A stretch of 64,000 bases of DNA, taken from NCBI GenBank assembly GCA_041390145.1, contig JAWKQM010000012.1, forward strand, positions 18,167 to 82,166, read 5' to 3'. The notes below the pieces were generated by a model. That model was not told the DNA's origin and did not search any database. It saw nothing but the letters and a program-made list of their open reading frames with translations. This document shows, piece by piece, positions 20,006 to 30,503 of this stretch. This stretch comes from Gemmatimonadales bacterium. Its GTDB lineage: Bacteria; Gemmatimonadota; Gemmatimonadetes; Gemmatimonadales; GWC2-71-9. Position 1 is the stretch's first letter, and every line of letters begins with the position of its first letter. The position numbers and the translations under genes are program-made.

Positions 20006-22819
20006 TTACGGCTGCGCCGGCGCCGCCTGGCCCTTCGCGAAGTCGCCGGCGGTGATGATCGTGAACTTCGAGGGAACGACGAAGGCGCGGAAGCCGTCGC
20101 TCACCTGTGCCGGAGTCAGTGCGCCGATCGCCGCATCGAGCTTCGCGTCCCATGCCATGGTCCGCCCGAGAAAGAGACCGTCCACCAGCAGGTCGGCGAG
20201 ACTGCCGTCGTCGGCCCGCGCAAGCTGCCGCTGCTGCAGATAGCCCGCCTTACCCTTGGACACCTCCTCGGCCGTGAACCCGCCGCTGACGGCGGTGTCC
20301 GTGACCTGCTTGAAGGCCTCGACCACCTTGGCGCCGTTCTCCGGGGCAAAGATGGCATACACGAACTCCTGCGCCGCCTGGTCTTCCGAACTGGCGCTCA
20401 GGCCACTCCCCACGCCGTAGCTCAGCCCTTCCGTCTGGCGAATCCGCACCATGAGTCGTGAATCGAAGGCCGACCCGCCGTAGATGTAGTCCCCGATGGC
20501 CATGGCCGGGAACGACGGATCGTCTTCGCTCAATGGGAAGCGGGTTGAGGCCAGCATGATGGCATTGGCCTTGTCGGGCGTCTCGATCTGCTGGGTGACC
20601 GCCGGACGATCGCCGAGCTGGTCCGGGATCCGGGCGTACGCCGCCGGGCTCTTCCAGGCACCGAAGATCTCGGTAAGCACCGGCGTGATCTCCGCCGGGG
20701 CAAAGTCACCGACGATTGCCGTCTCCCCGGCGCCTACCCCGTAGAACTCGACCCAGAAGCGCTTCGCCTCCTCCACCGTCGCCGATTTCAGCAAGGCCAC
20801 CCGTTCGTCGATGGTGCTCACGTAGCGCGGGTGCCCCGGTGGATAGGGCTGCGTCGCCTGCGCGAGTGCGGTTTGCGCCAGGGCGATCGGGTCGCTCCGC
20901 TGCGATTCCAGTCGCGCGAGGCCCTCCCGCTGCAGCGTCGCGAACTCGGCCGGATCAAAGCTCGGCTGCCGGAGCACCTCACCGACCAGGCGAAGCACCG
21001 CCGGGAAGTTGGCGCGCACCGTCGAAATCGAGACGGTCACCCCCTCGGCGCTCCCGCGCACGCTGACCTGGGCCTTCAGCCGGTCAAACTCGTCCTTGAT
21101 CTGCTGCCGCGTGTGGGCGGTGGTCCCGCGCAGCAGCATCGATCCGGCCAGCGACGCCGCCGTCGCCCGGCCATTGAGGGCCGCTTCCGTGCCGAAATGG
21201 AGCTGGATCGAGGCGTTAACCGTCTGACCGCGGGTCTCCTTCGGGAGCAGCGCCACCTTCATGCCGCTCGGCAATTCGCTCCGGAAGGTGCGGGCGTCGA
21301 TGTTCGCGGGTGAGGCGTCAAACGCCTCCCCCAGCGTCATCGTGGTATCGCCCTTGTAGTCCTTGACCATCGCGGCGATGTCCGGCAGTGGCGGAATCTC
21401 CGCGCGGTCCGGCTTGGCCGTGGGGATGAATACCCCCAGCGTCCGGTTGCTCGGCTTGATGTAGGCTGCCGCGACCCGCTGGACGTCGGCGGGCGTCACC
21501 GCCCGAACCCGGTCCCGGTTGATGAAGATCAACCGCCAGTCGCCCCGGGAGGCCCACTCGCTGAGCGCCAGGCCCACCTGGTCGGTCTGGGTCAGGCTCA
21601 ACTCGATGTTCTTGAGAATGGTCTGCTTGGCCCGCGCCACCTCCGCATCGGTGGGCGGCCGTGTCGTCAGCTCGTCGAGGGTGGCAAGCAGCGCGGCCTG
21701 CGCGACCGCCAGGGTGTCCTCCGTCCGGAGCTGCGCGCCAGCCAGGAGCATGCTTGGCTGGTAGAGCTGGTAGGCCGACGACCAGACACGCGCGGCGAGC
21801 TTCGGCTCGACCAGCGCCGTGTAGAGTCGCCCGCTCGGCGCCGATCCGAGGATCTGCGTGAGGACGCTGATGGCCGCAAAGTTGGAGTCCGACCCTGCCG
21901 GGATGTGGAACCCGGCCAGCACCACCTGCTCGTCGCCCACCCGCCGGAGCGTCACGGTCCGCTCGCCATCCTGCACCGGCTCCACGGTGTACGTGCCCCA
22001 GAGGGTGTTGGCACCCTCCCGGTTTGGCCGGGGAATGGCGCCGTACAGCTGCTCGATCCGCTTCAGGACCACCGCCTCATCAAACTTCCCCGCCACCACC
22101 AGGATCGCATTGTCGGGCTGATAGTATTTCCGATAGAAGCCCTGCAGCCGACCGATCGGGACATTCTCGATGTCCGAGCGCGCCCCAATCGTGGAGTTGC
22201 CGTAGTTGTGCCAGAGATACGCGGTCGAGAAGACCCGCTCTTCGAGAATGGAGCCGGGGTCGTTCTCCCCCATTTCGAACTCGTTGCGGACCACCGTCAT
22301 CTCGGACTCGAGGTCACTCTTGGCGATGAAGGAGTTCACCATCCGGTCCGCCTCGAGCTGCAGCGCCCACTCGATGTTCTCGGGGGTCGCCGGCACCGAC
22401 TCGAAGTAGTTGGTCCGGTCGTACCAGGTGGTGCCGTTGAACTGGGCGCCATGCTGGGTCATCTCCTCGCCGATCTTCGGGTGACCGGTCGAGCCCTTGA
22501 ACAGCAGGTGCTCCAGCAGGTGCGCCATCCCCGTCTCGCCGTAGTCCTCGTGCCGCGACCCGACCAGGTAGGTGATGTTGACCGTGGTAACGGCCTTGGT
22601 CTGGTCGGGGAGCAGCAGAATCCGGAGGCCATTCGGGAGCTGGTATTCCGTAATCCCCTCGACGGACGTGACCTTGACTGCCTTGGGAGCCGCCGGGGTG
22701 GGCTTGTTGGCTGGCTTGGCTGGCTTGGCGACCGGCTGCTGGGCCGGTGACGCCCCCACGACAGCAATCGTCAGCAGAAGGGGAAGGAGGGCGACACGCT
22801 TCCAGGAACGGGGGATCAT
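20006..22819 (-). CDS. M16 (pitrilysin/insulinase) family zinc peptidase, double-module exported form
   Basis: HxxEH zinc motif (HLLEHLLFKG). Two M16 active/inactive module pairs in about 937 aa. Start at ATG 22819 (GGAG 7 nt upstream; signal peptide MIPRSWKRVALLPLLL). Confidence 0.9.
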   Translation of the reverse strand: MIPRSWKRVALLPLLLTIAVVGASPAQQPVAKPAKPANKPTPAAPKAVKVTSVEGITEYQLPNGLRILLLPDQTKAVTTVNITYLVGSRHEDYGETGMAHLLEHLLFKGSTGHPKIGEEMTQHGAQFNGTTWYDRTNYFESVPATPENIEWALQLEADRMVNSFIAKSDLESEMTVVRNEFEMGENDPGSILEERVFSTAYLWHNYGNSTIGARSDIENVPIGRLQGFYRKYYQPDNAILVVAGKFDEAVVLKRIEQLYGAIPRPNREGANTLWGTYTVEPVQDGERTVTLRRVGDEQVVLAGFHIPAGSDSNFAAISVLTQILGSAPSGRLYTALVEPKLAARVWSSAYQLYQPSMLLAGAQLRTEDTLAVAQAALLATLDELTTRPPTDAEVARAKQTILKNIELSLTQTDQVGLALSEWASRGDWRLIFINRDRVRAVTPADVQRVAAAYIKPSNRTLGVFIPTAKPDRAEIPPLPDIAAMVKDYKGDTTMTLGEAFDASPANIDARTFRSELPSGMKVALLPKETRGQTVNASIQLHFGTEAALNGRATAASLAGSMLLRGTTAHTRQQIKDEFDRLKAQVSVRGSAEGVTVSISTVRANFPAVLRLVGEVLRQPSFDPAEFATLQREGLARLESQRSDPIALAQTALAQATQPYPPGHPRYVSTIDERVALLKSATVEEAKRFWVEFYGVGAGETAIVGDFAPAEITPVLTEIFGAWKSPAAYARIPDQLGDRPAVTQQIETPDKANAIMLASTRFPLSEDDPSFPAMAIGDYIYGGSAFDSRLMVRIRQTEGLSYGVGSGLSASSEDQAAQEFVYAIFAPENGAKVVEAFKQVTDTAVSGGFTAEEVSKGKAGYLQQRQLARADDGSLADLLVDGLFLGRTMAWDAKLDAAIGALTPAQVSDGFRAFVVPSKFTIITAGDFAKGQAAPAQP

Positions 22820-22897
22820 CGTCGAGCTCCGTTGGAACATGTGAACAGTGCGTCAGAACCCGAAAATAGACATCGGGTCCGCCACGAATGCAAACCG

Positions 22898-22921
22898 GCC
22901 GTCAGCGGTGCCGATGACGGC
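22898..22921 (-). terminator. hairpin after the small lipoprotein gene
   Basis: 7-bp stem GCCGTCA / TGACGGC overlapping the stop codon. On the minus strand it is followed by CGGTTTGCATTCG. Confidence 0.35.
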
Positions 22922-23364
22922 TATGGAACCGTCACGACAAAGGGCCCGAAGCTCAGTTCGTCGGCCGCCGCGTCGTGCCCCCAGCCGACCATCACCGTCC
23001 CCGTCCCGGCAGTGGCCTGGGCGGTGACGTCAAACGAGAAATGGGCATCCGGATCCTCGACCGCCGTGGCGAGCACCCCCGGCGCAAACGTCAGCGCGGC
23101 GAAGTGATCTGCCTCGATGCCGGTGATCTCATCCCCATCGTCGGCATAGAACTTCACCACCACGCGGGTCTGCGCCCCGGCCGTGAGCGTCAGGTTGGCC
23201 GTCTCGTCGACGTCATTGACGAACAGCTTGGCTGAAGCGGGTGTGTGGGTGTGCGCAGGCGCCGCAGCCTCATCGCTGCTGCATGCCCCCAGCGCAAGGA
23301 CCAACGCCAGCATCGGAACGGCCATCAGGCGCGCGGGCGCCCGGTGTAAGGCGTGTGAATGCAT
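22921..23364 (-). CDS. small lipoprotein, unknown function (beta-rich)
   Basis: AGGAGGA SD 7 nt upstream of ATG 23364. Lipobox LALGAC. His-rich start of the mature part (APAHTHTP). 36 nt downstream of the TonB-dependent receptor gene. Confidence 0.55.
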   Translation of the reverse strand: MHSHALHRAPARLMAVPMLALVLALGACSSDEAAAPAHTHTPASAKLFVNDVDETANLTLTAGAQTRVVVKFYADDGDEITGIEADHFAALTFAPGVLATAVEDPDAHFSFDVTAQATAGTGTVMVGWGHDAAADELSFGPFVVTVP

Positions 23365-23400
23365 TGGGACATCCTCCTGGAGTGCAGTGGTACCCGCGGG

Positions 23401-25482
23401 TCAGTGCGGGTGTAGTAGGCGCACCGACACGAGCACGCTGCGTGGGGCGCCGGGGTTGATGTAGCCGGATGCGCGGATATCCGCGTACTGGGTGTCGAAG
23501 ACATTCAGGAGGTCGACGTCAACGCTGGTGGTGGCGCCGAGTGCCACCGACCCGCCAATGTCGACGACCGAGTATGCCTGCGTCTGTACGCCTGGCTCCC
23601 CAATCGGCGTGAAGGGGCCGGTAAACCGGACCAGGGCATAGGTGGAGAGGCCATTCTTCGGGATGAATTCTGCGCCGACGCGCCCGAAGTAGTCGGACAC
23701 CCCAGGCACCGGATCACCTGGCGCCAGGGGTTCCGTATGAAAGTTCGGCTTCGGGGGGCGGAGGGCAGTCCGGTCCAGCACGACGTTCACCGGGTCCGCC
23801 GCGCCGGTGATGGTCGCGTCATTGACGGTCCCCTCGGCCTGCAGCGAGAGCTTGGGGGTAAGCTGCCATGCCGCGCTCGCGGAGATCCCGCGCCGGCGGC
23901 TCGTGCCGCTGGCCAGAATCTCGAGGCTGACCGGATCCTTGATTCGTTCATTCGCCGTGTTGAACTGAAACAGCGACACCGTCACCAGGAACGTGCTCGT
24001 GCCGTACTCTGCGCCGATTTCGCCGGCCCAGGCAGTCACGAGCGGGCGGTTAGGGTCACCGATGACGCCGACCGGCCCCCGAAACCCGCGGGCCAGGGAG
24101 CCCAGGAACCGCAGGCGGCTGGACGCCATGTAACTGGCGCCAAGCTTTGGGCTCAGCATCGGGTCGGTGGCACCCTGCCAGGCGGCGAGTGAATCGAGGC
24201 GGTTGTAGCTCTGGTAGTGGACAAGGTCGCCACGAAGACCAAGATCGTACATGAACCGGCTGCTGAGCATGCCGCGCCAGCGAGCGTAGAGGCCGAGCGC
24301 CTGGTATCGCCCATCATCCGCCTGCTCGGCCGACACCGGCGTGCGCTCATCGGTCTGATCGAGGGTGTAGGTTGTCCAGTCGGCCCGTCCGCTCAGCCCG
24401 ACGCTGAACTCCCCATCGCCCTTCACACGGCTGACCTGGGCCTGCATCCCGATGGCGTGGCGATCATCCCGTTCAGCGGTCTGCTGGAGGATGCCGTCCT
24501 CGGGCAGGGTCAGGAACACCGTGGACTTCCCCACCTGCCCCCAGAGCTGGGTCTCGAGTGTCGTCAGGGCGTTCAGCGGTATGCCGTACCGCAAGGTGCC
24601 GATGTACCGGTCGGCGTCACCGCCGTCCGTCGTGTCTGTCGCAGCCACGAGGTCACCCTGGTTGTACCGGTCCACCGACACGTAGCCGGGAGAGTTCCAG
24701 CTGGAGCCGTACCCGTACAGTCCCCCCTCGAGCCTGCCCTTCCCCACCGCACGCCAGCCGCGAAGCACCGTGGTCCCAAGCAGGTAGTCGGCGTTGTCCC
24801 GCCACCCCTCCTCCCGCTGGCCCGAGACGGAGAAGAGCGCCCCGGCGGCAGGGTGCCGGAACCCACCCGTGACCCAACCGCGCACGTCGCCGAAGGACGT
24901 CACCCCCAGCGACCCCGTCGTCGCATCGGCGTCCGCGGCCGTATACACCTCCACGACGCCCCCAAGGGAGAAGTCCCCGTAGAGGGGGCTCGCCGGACCG
25001 TGAATCACGCGGGTGGTGCTGATGGCACCAGGGGAAAGGATGCTCCAATCGGCATAGCCTTCCACATGGCCGTGGATGGGCAGGTTGATGGCCACGCCGT
25101 CGAGCACGAGGAGGACGTCGGACGAGTGGTCGGAGGTGAATCCACCGATGACGACATTCGACGCGAAGCCGGGCCCCTGCCCCTGCTGGTGCACCTCGAT
25201 TCCCGCCGACCGGCCGATGAGGTCATAGGGGTTTGCTGCCGGCGCCCGCTCGATCGTTTCCGTCTTCACCTCGACAGTTGCGACTGGCGGCGCGATGGCG
25301 TGTTCCCGCTTCCCCGTCACGACGATCGGCGTGACCGCCGTGACTGTGGTGGTGTCGACCGGTGGCTTGACCGGCTGCTGCGCACTCGCCTGGCCCGTCG
25401 CCGCCACGACCAGGCATGCCAAGAGCCCCAGACAAGCTGTCCGGGTCCCTGGCCGTGCGTGGGTGCGGTCTTGAAATGCCAT
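23401..25482 (-). CDS. TonB-dependent outer-membrane receptor
   Basis: Plug-domain blocks (IGRSAGIEV..., VLLVLDGVAINLP, RVIHGPASPLYGDFSLGGVVEVYT) and a long beta-barrel. Start is ATG 25482 (signal peptide MAFQDR...ATGQASAQQ) or GTG 25521. Confidence 0.85.
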   Translation of the reverse strand: MAFQDRTHARPGTRTACLGLLACLVVAATGQASAQQPVKPPVDTTTVTAVTPIVVTGKREHAIAPPVATVEVKTETIERAPAANPYDLIGRSAGIEVHQQGQGPGFASNVVIGGFTSDHSSDVLLVLDGVAINLPIHGHVEGYADWSILSPGAISTTRVIHGPASPLYGDFSLGGVVEVYTAADADATTGSLGVTSFGDVRGWVTGGFRHPAAGALFSVSGQREEGWRDNADYLLGTTVLRGWRAVGKGRLEGGLYGYGSSWNSPGYVSVDRYNQGDLVAATDTTDGGDADRYIGTLRYGIPLNALTTLETQLWGQVGKSTVFLTLPEDGILQQTAERDDRHAIGMQAQVSRVKGDGEFSVGLSGRADWTTYTLDQTDERTPVSAEQADDGRYQALGLYARWRGMLSSRFMYDLGLRGDLVHYQSYNRLDSLAAWQGATDPMLSPKLGASYMASSRLRFLGSLARGFRGPVGVIGDPNRPLVTAWAGEIGAEYGTSTFLVTVSLFQFNTANERIKDPVSLEILASGTSRRRGISASAAWQLTPKLSLQAEGTVNDATITGAADPVNVVLDRTALRPPKPNFHTEPLAPGDPVPGVSDYFGRVGAEFIPKNGLSTYALVRFTGPFTPIGEPGVQTQAYSVVDIGGSVALGATTSVDVDLLNVFDTQYADIRASGYINPGAPRSVLVSVRLLHPH

Positions 25483-25635
25483 GAATTGCCAGTCCGTCGC
25501 CGCCGGCACACCGGCACCCACAAGCGGGACCGATGCCCTGACGGCATGGTGAGACAGTCTCCCCCGGCAAGGGCCGAAGCAGAGCGATGACGGTGTTGTG
25601 TGGGGATGGCGATCCTCGGCGCGGACGCGCCGGGG

Positions 25636-26019
25636 TCAGCCGATGAGCGGTGGGGGGGCGGTCGCGAAGGGCCGGGAGTGCTCGATCTGCAGGATGACGG
25701 CGACATCTGTCGTGGCCGAAAGGACCACTGCCGAAAGAGGCGCGATCAGGGCGACCGGCACCACCGTGCCGCTCGACAGGACGGCGGGGGAGGAAACGGC
25801 GCAGCTGCCAAGACACTGGCAATTGGTCGGGGCCTCGGGGCGCCTGTCATCGGAGTGCTGGGCCCCATGGTGGGCGTGTCCCTCCCCCGCCCCAGCGACG
25901 GCCATGCCGGCCATGTCTCTCGGGCAGGAGTGCAGCAGGGCCGGCGCTGCCATGACCAGGCTGAACCAGACTGCCAGCGCACCCGCGAGGGATCGTGACC
26001 AGATGCTCATCTTCCGCAT
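25636..26019 (-). CDS. small exported Cys/His-rich protein (layout reminiscent of DUF2946-type proteins)
   Basis: High third-position G+C in this frame. Signal-like N-terminus, then HSCP...GEGHAHHGAQH...NCQCLGSC and a hydrophobic C-terminal segment. TAGATT-N6-ATG upstream arrangement. Family assignment is unverified. Confidence 0.5.
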   Translation of the reverse strand: MRKMSIWSRSLAGALAVWFSLVMAAPALLHSCPRDMAGMAVAGAGEGHAHHGAQHSDDRRPEAPTNCQCLGSCAVSSPAVLSSGTVVPVALIAPLSAVVLSATTDVAVILQIEHSRPFATAPPPLIG

Positions 26020-26025
26020 TGGGCC

Positions 26026-26031
26026 AATCTA
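26026..26031 (-). promoter_or_regulatory. -10-like hexamer before the small Cys/His-rich gene
   Basis: Minus strand: TAGATT-N6-ATG (26019). The TAG is the RND stop codon. Confidence 0.3.
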
Positions 26032-29000
26032 GTGCGCGCGGCCGACCTCGTCCACAATCGCCCCGGACTGGGTAGCCAGCTTCGCCCCCCGGATCCGCCG
26101 GCCCAGCGCCTCGCGCCAGTCGAAGAAGATCTCGTAGACGGTCGGAATGACCAGCAGGGTCAGCAACGTCGAGGTGAGCACACCGCCGATAACCGCGACC
26201 CCCAGCGGCTGCCGGAACTGCGCCCCCTCACCCCGCGCGATGGCGACGGGAATCATGCCCGCGATCAGCGCGAAGGTGGTCATCAGGATCGGCCGGAGAC
26301 GGATGGCCCCGGCCTCGATCAGCGCTTCCCGGATCGGCATCCCCTTCTCGTGGCTCCATTTGGCAAAATCGATGAGGAGAATCGCGTTCTTGGCGACGAT
26401 CCCCATCAGGAGGATCACCCCGATCAGGCTCATGATGTTGACGGTGAGTCCGGTGATGGCGAGCGAGAGCATCACCCCCACCAGCGACAGCGGCAACGAC
26501 ATCAGGATCGCCATCGGATCGAGGAACGAGCCGAACTGCATCACCAGGATCAGGTACATCAGCAGCACCGCGACTCCGAGCGCGAGAAAGATGTTGCCAA
26601 AGACCTCGCTCTGGTTTTCGGCGTCGCCCCCCTCGGAGTAGGTGACCCCCGGTGGCAGCTGGGTCTGGGCCAGCGCCTTCCGGACATCCGACATCACCTC
26701 GCCAGTCGAGCGGCCCTGCGTGTTCCACTCCACGTTGACGACCAAGTCCCGGTCGAGATGGTTGATCACGGCGGGGGCCAGGTCCGACTTGACGCGGACC
26801 ACCTGCCCAAGAGGCACCGTTCGCGGCGCCCCGTTTGCGCCGCCGGGGATCAGCAGCGGCAGTTGCCGAAGGTCCTCGGCCCGCTGACGCGCCGACGGGG
26901 CCAGCCGGACCACCACATCCCGCGTCTCGCCGCTGGGGTCCACCCAGTCGCCGGCGTCGATGCCGGCGAAGGCCGGCCGGAGAGCCTGCGCCACCTGCCC
27001 TGCCGTGAGCCCCAGCGCGCCGGCCAGCCCACGATCGAGGTCCACGGTCAATTCGGGGCGCTGTCCCTTGCTCGAGAGGGCAATGTCGACCGAGCCTGGG
27101 GTGGCCGCCACCACGGACCTGATCTGCTCGGCGGCGGTGTTGATCGATGCGAGGTCCGGCCCCTTCACCTGCAGCGCCAGCTGTTTGCGCCCACCGCCCA
27201 TGTCACTGGTAAAGAGGGCCATGTTCACGCCCCCCATCTGCGACAGCTGGCTGCGGATCTCGGCGCCGATCGATTCCGCATCGAGTGAGCGCTCCGACTT
27301 CGGCACCAGCTTGACGTACATCTTCCCGACGTCGACCGCGCTTGAACTGGGATCGCCGAGGGTGATGTAGCTGTACATCACGTCCGGACGCGCCCGGATG
27401 ATGCGGTCGGCCTCGTCCGCCTTGGCTCGGGTGTAGGCCAGGTTGGAGCCGGGCGGCGTTTCGATCTGGACGTTGAACTCCGAGCGGTCGTCGAGCGGCA
27501 TGAACCCGACGCCCACCTTGTGCCACTCCGGCACCACCAGGAAGAGCCCGATTCCGATGACGGCGCCCGCGACCGTGCCGGCGATGCGGAAAGGCAGCGA
27601 TCGCTTGCCGGACAGGGCCCAGACACTGATCACCAGCCCGAGGACCAGAGACAGGAAGCCCAGCACGCCGTTCCAGAGCAGGGTGAAGGCGCTGATCATC
27701 GACCCGGTGGCGAGCACCACCATGGCGGCGCGGTGGTCGAGCGCCCAGGCGATTACCCCGCGATAGCCCTCCGCCATGCGGGTGAACCAGGCATTGAACT
27801 TGTCGAGCTGCCGGGTGATCCAGTTTCGCTTCTCCACCGGCACGTGCGGATCGGGCCAGTAGGCGGAGAGCATGGGGTCCAGCGAGAAGCTGACGAACAG
27901 CGAGACGAAGACCGAGCAGGCCATCGTGAGCGCGAAGGGCTTGAACCACTGGCCTCCGATGCCCGACATGAACGCCACCGGCAGGAACACCGCCAGGATC
28001 GAGAAGGTCGTCGCCGTCACGGCCAGGCCGATCTCGTCGGTCCCCTCGAGCGAGGCGGTGTAGTGGTCCTTTCCGAGTTCGACGTGCCGGACAATGTTCT
28101 CCCGCACCACGATGGCGTCGTCGATCAGGATGCCGATGGCCAGGGAGAGGCCGAGCAGCGACATCGTCTCGAGCTTGAACCCGAACGCCCACACGGCAAT
28201 GAACGACGCCAGGACGCTGACCGGCAGCGCGAGGCCGGTGATGACGGTGGACCGCCAGGAGTTGAGGAAGAGGAACACCACCAGGACGGTCAGCAGCGCA
28301 CCCTCGAAGAGCGCTTCCTGCACGTTGCGGACGGCGGCGGTCACGCGGACCCCCGAGTTCTTGACGACGCTGATCGTCACGCCGGCCGGCAGGGTCGCCT
28401 CGAGCTCGTGCACCCGGTCGAGAATTTGGGTGGCCACTTCCGTGGTGCTGTACCCCTTGGATTTCTTGATGTCGATGCCGACCGCCTCGGTGCCGTTGAA
28501 GAGCGCCAGCGTTCGCTGCTCCTCGATGCCGTCGCGCACGTCGGCCACCTGGCCCAGCCGGATCAGCACCCCGTTCCGCTCGGCCACCACGAGCTGCGCG
28601 AACTCCTCGGGGCCGCTGAGCCGGCCGCGGAGCCGGATGGATCGCTCGTCGTACTCGCCCTGCACCCGCCCCACGGGGGCAGCCAGGTTCTGCGCCTGCA
28701 GCGCCTGCACCACCTGTCCCACGCTCACCCGCGCCGCCTGGAGGGCGGCGGGGCGCAGTTCCACGGTCAGCTCCCGCTCCTGTTTGCCCGTCACGGTCAC
28801 TTCGGCGACGCCGGGGATGGAGCGCAGTTCGCGGGTAATGCCCGGGTCCGCCAGCCGGGTAAGTTCGGCGGGGGTGAGCCGCGGGGAGGAGATGGCGAGC
28901 GACACGATCGGCCGGTCGGTGTCGTTGAGTTTCTTGATGACCGGCTCTTCCATCTCGGTCGGCAGGTCGTTCCGGATGCCGGAAATGGCATCGCGAATGT

Positions 29001-29319
29001 CCTGCGTGGCCTCGGGCAGGGGCTTCTCGAAGATGAACTCGATGAGGATGAACGCGAACCCGTCCTCCGCCCGGCCGGTCACCTTCTTGACGCCGCTGAT
29101 CGAGGCGATCGCCTCCTCGACCGGGTTGAGGACTTCGGTCTCCACCGTTTCCGGCGAGGCCCCGGGATAGGGGACGGCAACCGAGACGTACGGGGGAGCC
29201 ACCTCGGGGAACTCGTCGGTCTGGAGCCGGATCAGGGCGATGATGCCGCCGACAACCAGCGCCAGCATGGTGACGACGGTGATCGTCGGGCGCTTGATCG
29301 CAAAATCGGAGATGAACAT
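26029..29319 (-). CDS. RND efflux transporter permease subunit (HAE1/AcrB-like)
   Basis: 1096 aa with 12-TM RND architecture. TM4 motif [17 protein letters not shown] is of the AcrB (DD) type. Confidence 0.95.
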   Translation of the reverse strand: MFISDFAIKRPTITVVTMLALVVGGIIALIRLQTDEFPEVAPPYVSVAVPYPGASPETVETEVLNPVEEAIASISGVKKVTGRAEDGFAFILIEFIFEKPLPEATQDIRDAISGIRNDLPTEMEEPVIKKLNDTDRPIVSLAISSPRLTPAELTRLADPGITRELRSIPGVAEVTVTGKQERELTVELRPAALQAARVSVGQVVQALQAQNLAAPVGRVQGEYDERSIRLRGRLSGPEEFAQLVVAERNGVLIRLGQVADVRDGIEEQRTLALFNGTEAVGIDIKKSKGYSTTEVATQILDRVHELEATLPAGVTISVVKNSGVRVTAAVRNVQEALFEGALLTVLVVFLFLNSWRSTVITGLALPVSVLASFIAVWAFGFKLETMSLLGLSLAIGILIDDAIVVRENIVRHVELGKDHYTASLEGTDEIGLAVTATTFSILAVFLPVAFMSGIGGQWFKPFALTMACSVFVSLFVSFSLDPMLSAYWPDPHVPVEKRNWITRQLDKFNAWFTRMAEGYRGVIAWALDHRAAMVVLATGSMISAFTLLWNGVLGFLSLVLGLVISVWALSGKRSLPFRIAGTVAGAVIGIGLFLVVPEWHKVGVGFMPLDDRSEFNVQIETPPGSNLAYTRAKADEADRIIRARPDVMYSYITLGDPSSSAVDVGKMYVKLVPKSERSLDAESIGAEIRSQLSQMGGVNMALFTSDMGGGRKQLALQVKGPDLASINTAAEQIRSVVAATPGSVDIALSSKGQRPELTVDLDRGLAGALGLTAGQVAQALRPAFAGIDAGDWVDPSGETRDVVVRLAPSARQRAEDLRQLPLLIPGGANGAPRTVPLGQVVRVKSDLAPAVINHLDRDLVVNVEWNTQGRSTGEVMSDVRKALAQTQLPPGVTYSEGGDAENQSEVFGNIFLALGVAVLLMYLILVMQFGSFLDPMAILMSLPLSLVGVMLSLAITGLTVNIMSLIGVILLMGIVAKNAILLIDFAKWSHEKGMPIREALIEAGAIRLRPILMTTFALIAGMIPVAIARGEGAQFRQPLGVAVIGGVLTSTLLTLLVIPTVYEIFFDWREALGRRIRGAKLATQSGAIVDEVGRAH

Positions 29320-29329
29320 GGCGGCGCCC

Positions 29330-30496
29330 CTACGGGGTGACTGGGGAAGTGGTGCGTTCGGCGACGTCCTGCACCCGGATCGGGGTGCCGGCCGCGATGC
29401 CTCGCGAACTGCCGACGACGATGGTGTCGCCCACCGACAACCCCGACACCACCTCGACCAGTTCCGCCACCACGTCCTCGAGTCCCAGGACCACCTCGGT
29501 CCGGGCCATCCGGCCGTTCTTGACCTGCGACACGGTGGGCCGCACGCCGCGCAGGTCCACCGCCGCCTTCGGCACCGTCAGCGCCTGGCGCTCGGCGGTG
29601 ACGACCCGGCCCTCGGCGAACAGCCCCACGACAAGCCGCTGCCCTGGATTGGGAACGGTCACCAGGATGCGCACCTGCCGCGTCGCCGGGTCGACCGAGG
29701 GATAGATCCGGCTCACCCGGCCGGTCAGGTCCTGATCGCCGAAACCGCTCACGGTGAATTGCACCGGTGTCCCCACCTTGAGCCCGTCGAGCGACTGGGG
29801 AGGCAGCTGGGCCTCGAGGCGAAGGCTGGACGGATCCACGATCGCGAAGAGTTCGGTGCCGTTCTGCACCACGTCGCCAACGCTGACGAGTTGCTCGCTG
29901 ACGATCCCGGCGAACGGGGCCCGCACGGTGGCGCGGGCGAGCGCGCGCTGGGCGACGACCTGTCGCGCGCTCGCCTCCGCCAGCGAGGCCTCCGCCTGCG
30001 CCACCGCAAGCGAGTCCGCTTCGACGGCCCGGGTGGACAGCGCGCCCGCCGCGGCGAGCCGCTGGTCGCGCTCCAGGTTGCGCCGCTGGAGGCGCACGTC
30101 GTTCTCGAGGCTTCGCACCAGGGCATCGGCAAACAGCGACTGCTCGCGCGCCGTTTGCGGCTCGATCTGCGCCAGCGCCTGGCCGGCCGAGACCCGTTGC
30201 CCGGGCTCGACGTACACCTCGAGGATCGATCCCCCCAGCTCCGAGCGAACCCGCGCATCGCGTTCCGCGCCAAGGGTCCCCGAGATCGGCGGGCCGTCCA
30301 TCAGGAGCGTGTCCCGGACCATCGCGATGTTCTCCGGTCCAATCACGATCGGAGCCGGCGTCTCCGCCCCGGCGCCCTTGGATGCGTCGCCGCATCCGGT
30401 CAGCCCTGCACCCCCGAGGGAGAGAACCGCCAGCGCCATCATGCCACCGCGTGCCGTCATGGTCCGGGCCTTTGCCATCGAGTGAAGTGTCTGCAT
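29330..30496 (-). CDS. RND efflux periplasmic adaptor (membrane fusion protein)
   Basis: Lipobox-like GLTGC. Coiled-coil hairpin and beta-barrel blocks (VRAPFAGIV, GRVSRIYPSVDPATRQ). Positioned between the TolC-like and RND genes. Confidence 0.9.
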   Translation of the reverse strand: MQTLHSMAKARTMTARGGMMALAVLSLGGAGLTGCGDASKGAGAETPAPIVIGPENIAMVRDTLLMDGPPISGTLGAERDARVRSELGGSILEVYVEPGQRVSAGQALAQIEPQTAREQSLFADALVRSLENDVRLQRRNLERDQRLAAAGALSTRAVEADSLAVAQAEASLAEASARQVVAQRALARATVRAPFAGIVSEQLVSVGDVVQNGTELFAIVDPSSLRLEAQLPPQSLDGLKVGTPVQFTVSGFGDQDLTGRVSRIYPSVDPATRQVRILVTVPNPGQRLVVGLFAEGRVVTAERQALTVPKAAVDLRGVRPTVSQVKNGRMARTEVVLGLEDVVAELVEVVSGLSVGDTIVVGSSRGIAAGTPIRVQDVAERTTSPVTP

Positions 30497-30503
30497 CGCG
30501 CGT

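Noticed and set aside
25483-25635. Possible riboswitch (for example cobalamin) or other leader RNA upstream of the TonB-dependent receptor.
   Set aside because: I read the minus-strand sequence and found only short local hairpins (ATGCC/GGCAT, CGGCGC/GCGCCG). There is no B12-box-like GCCACTG core and no other riboswitch signature I recognise. A covariance-model scan would be needed to exclude one completely.
26029-29319. Heavy-metal (CzcA/HME) interpretation of the RND pump, prompted by the neighbouring Cys/His-rich protein.
   Set aside because: The TM4 proton-relay motif reads [10 protein letters not shown], with adjacent DD as in AcrB/HAE1. It is not the D-x5-D-x6-E spacing typical of CzcA-type HME pumps, and the regulator is TetR rather than a metal sensor.
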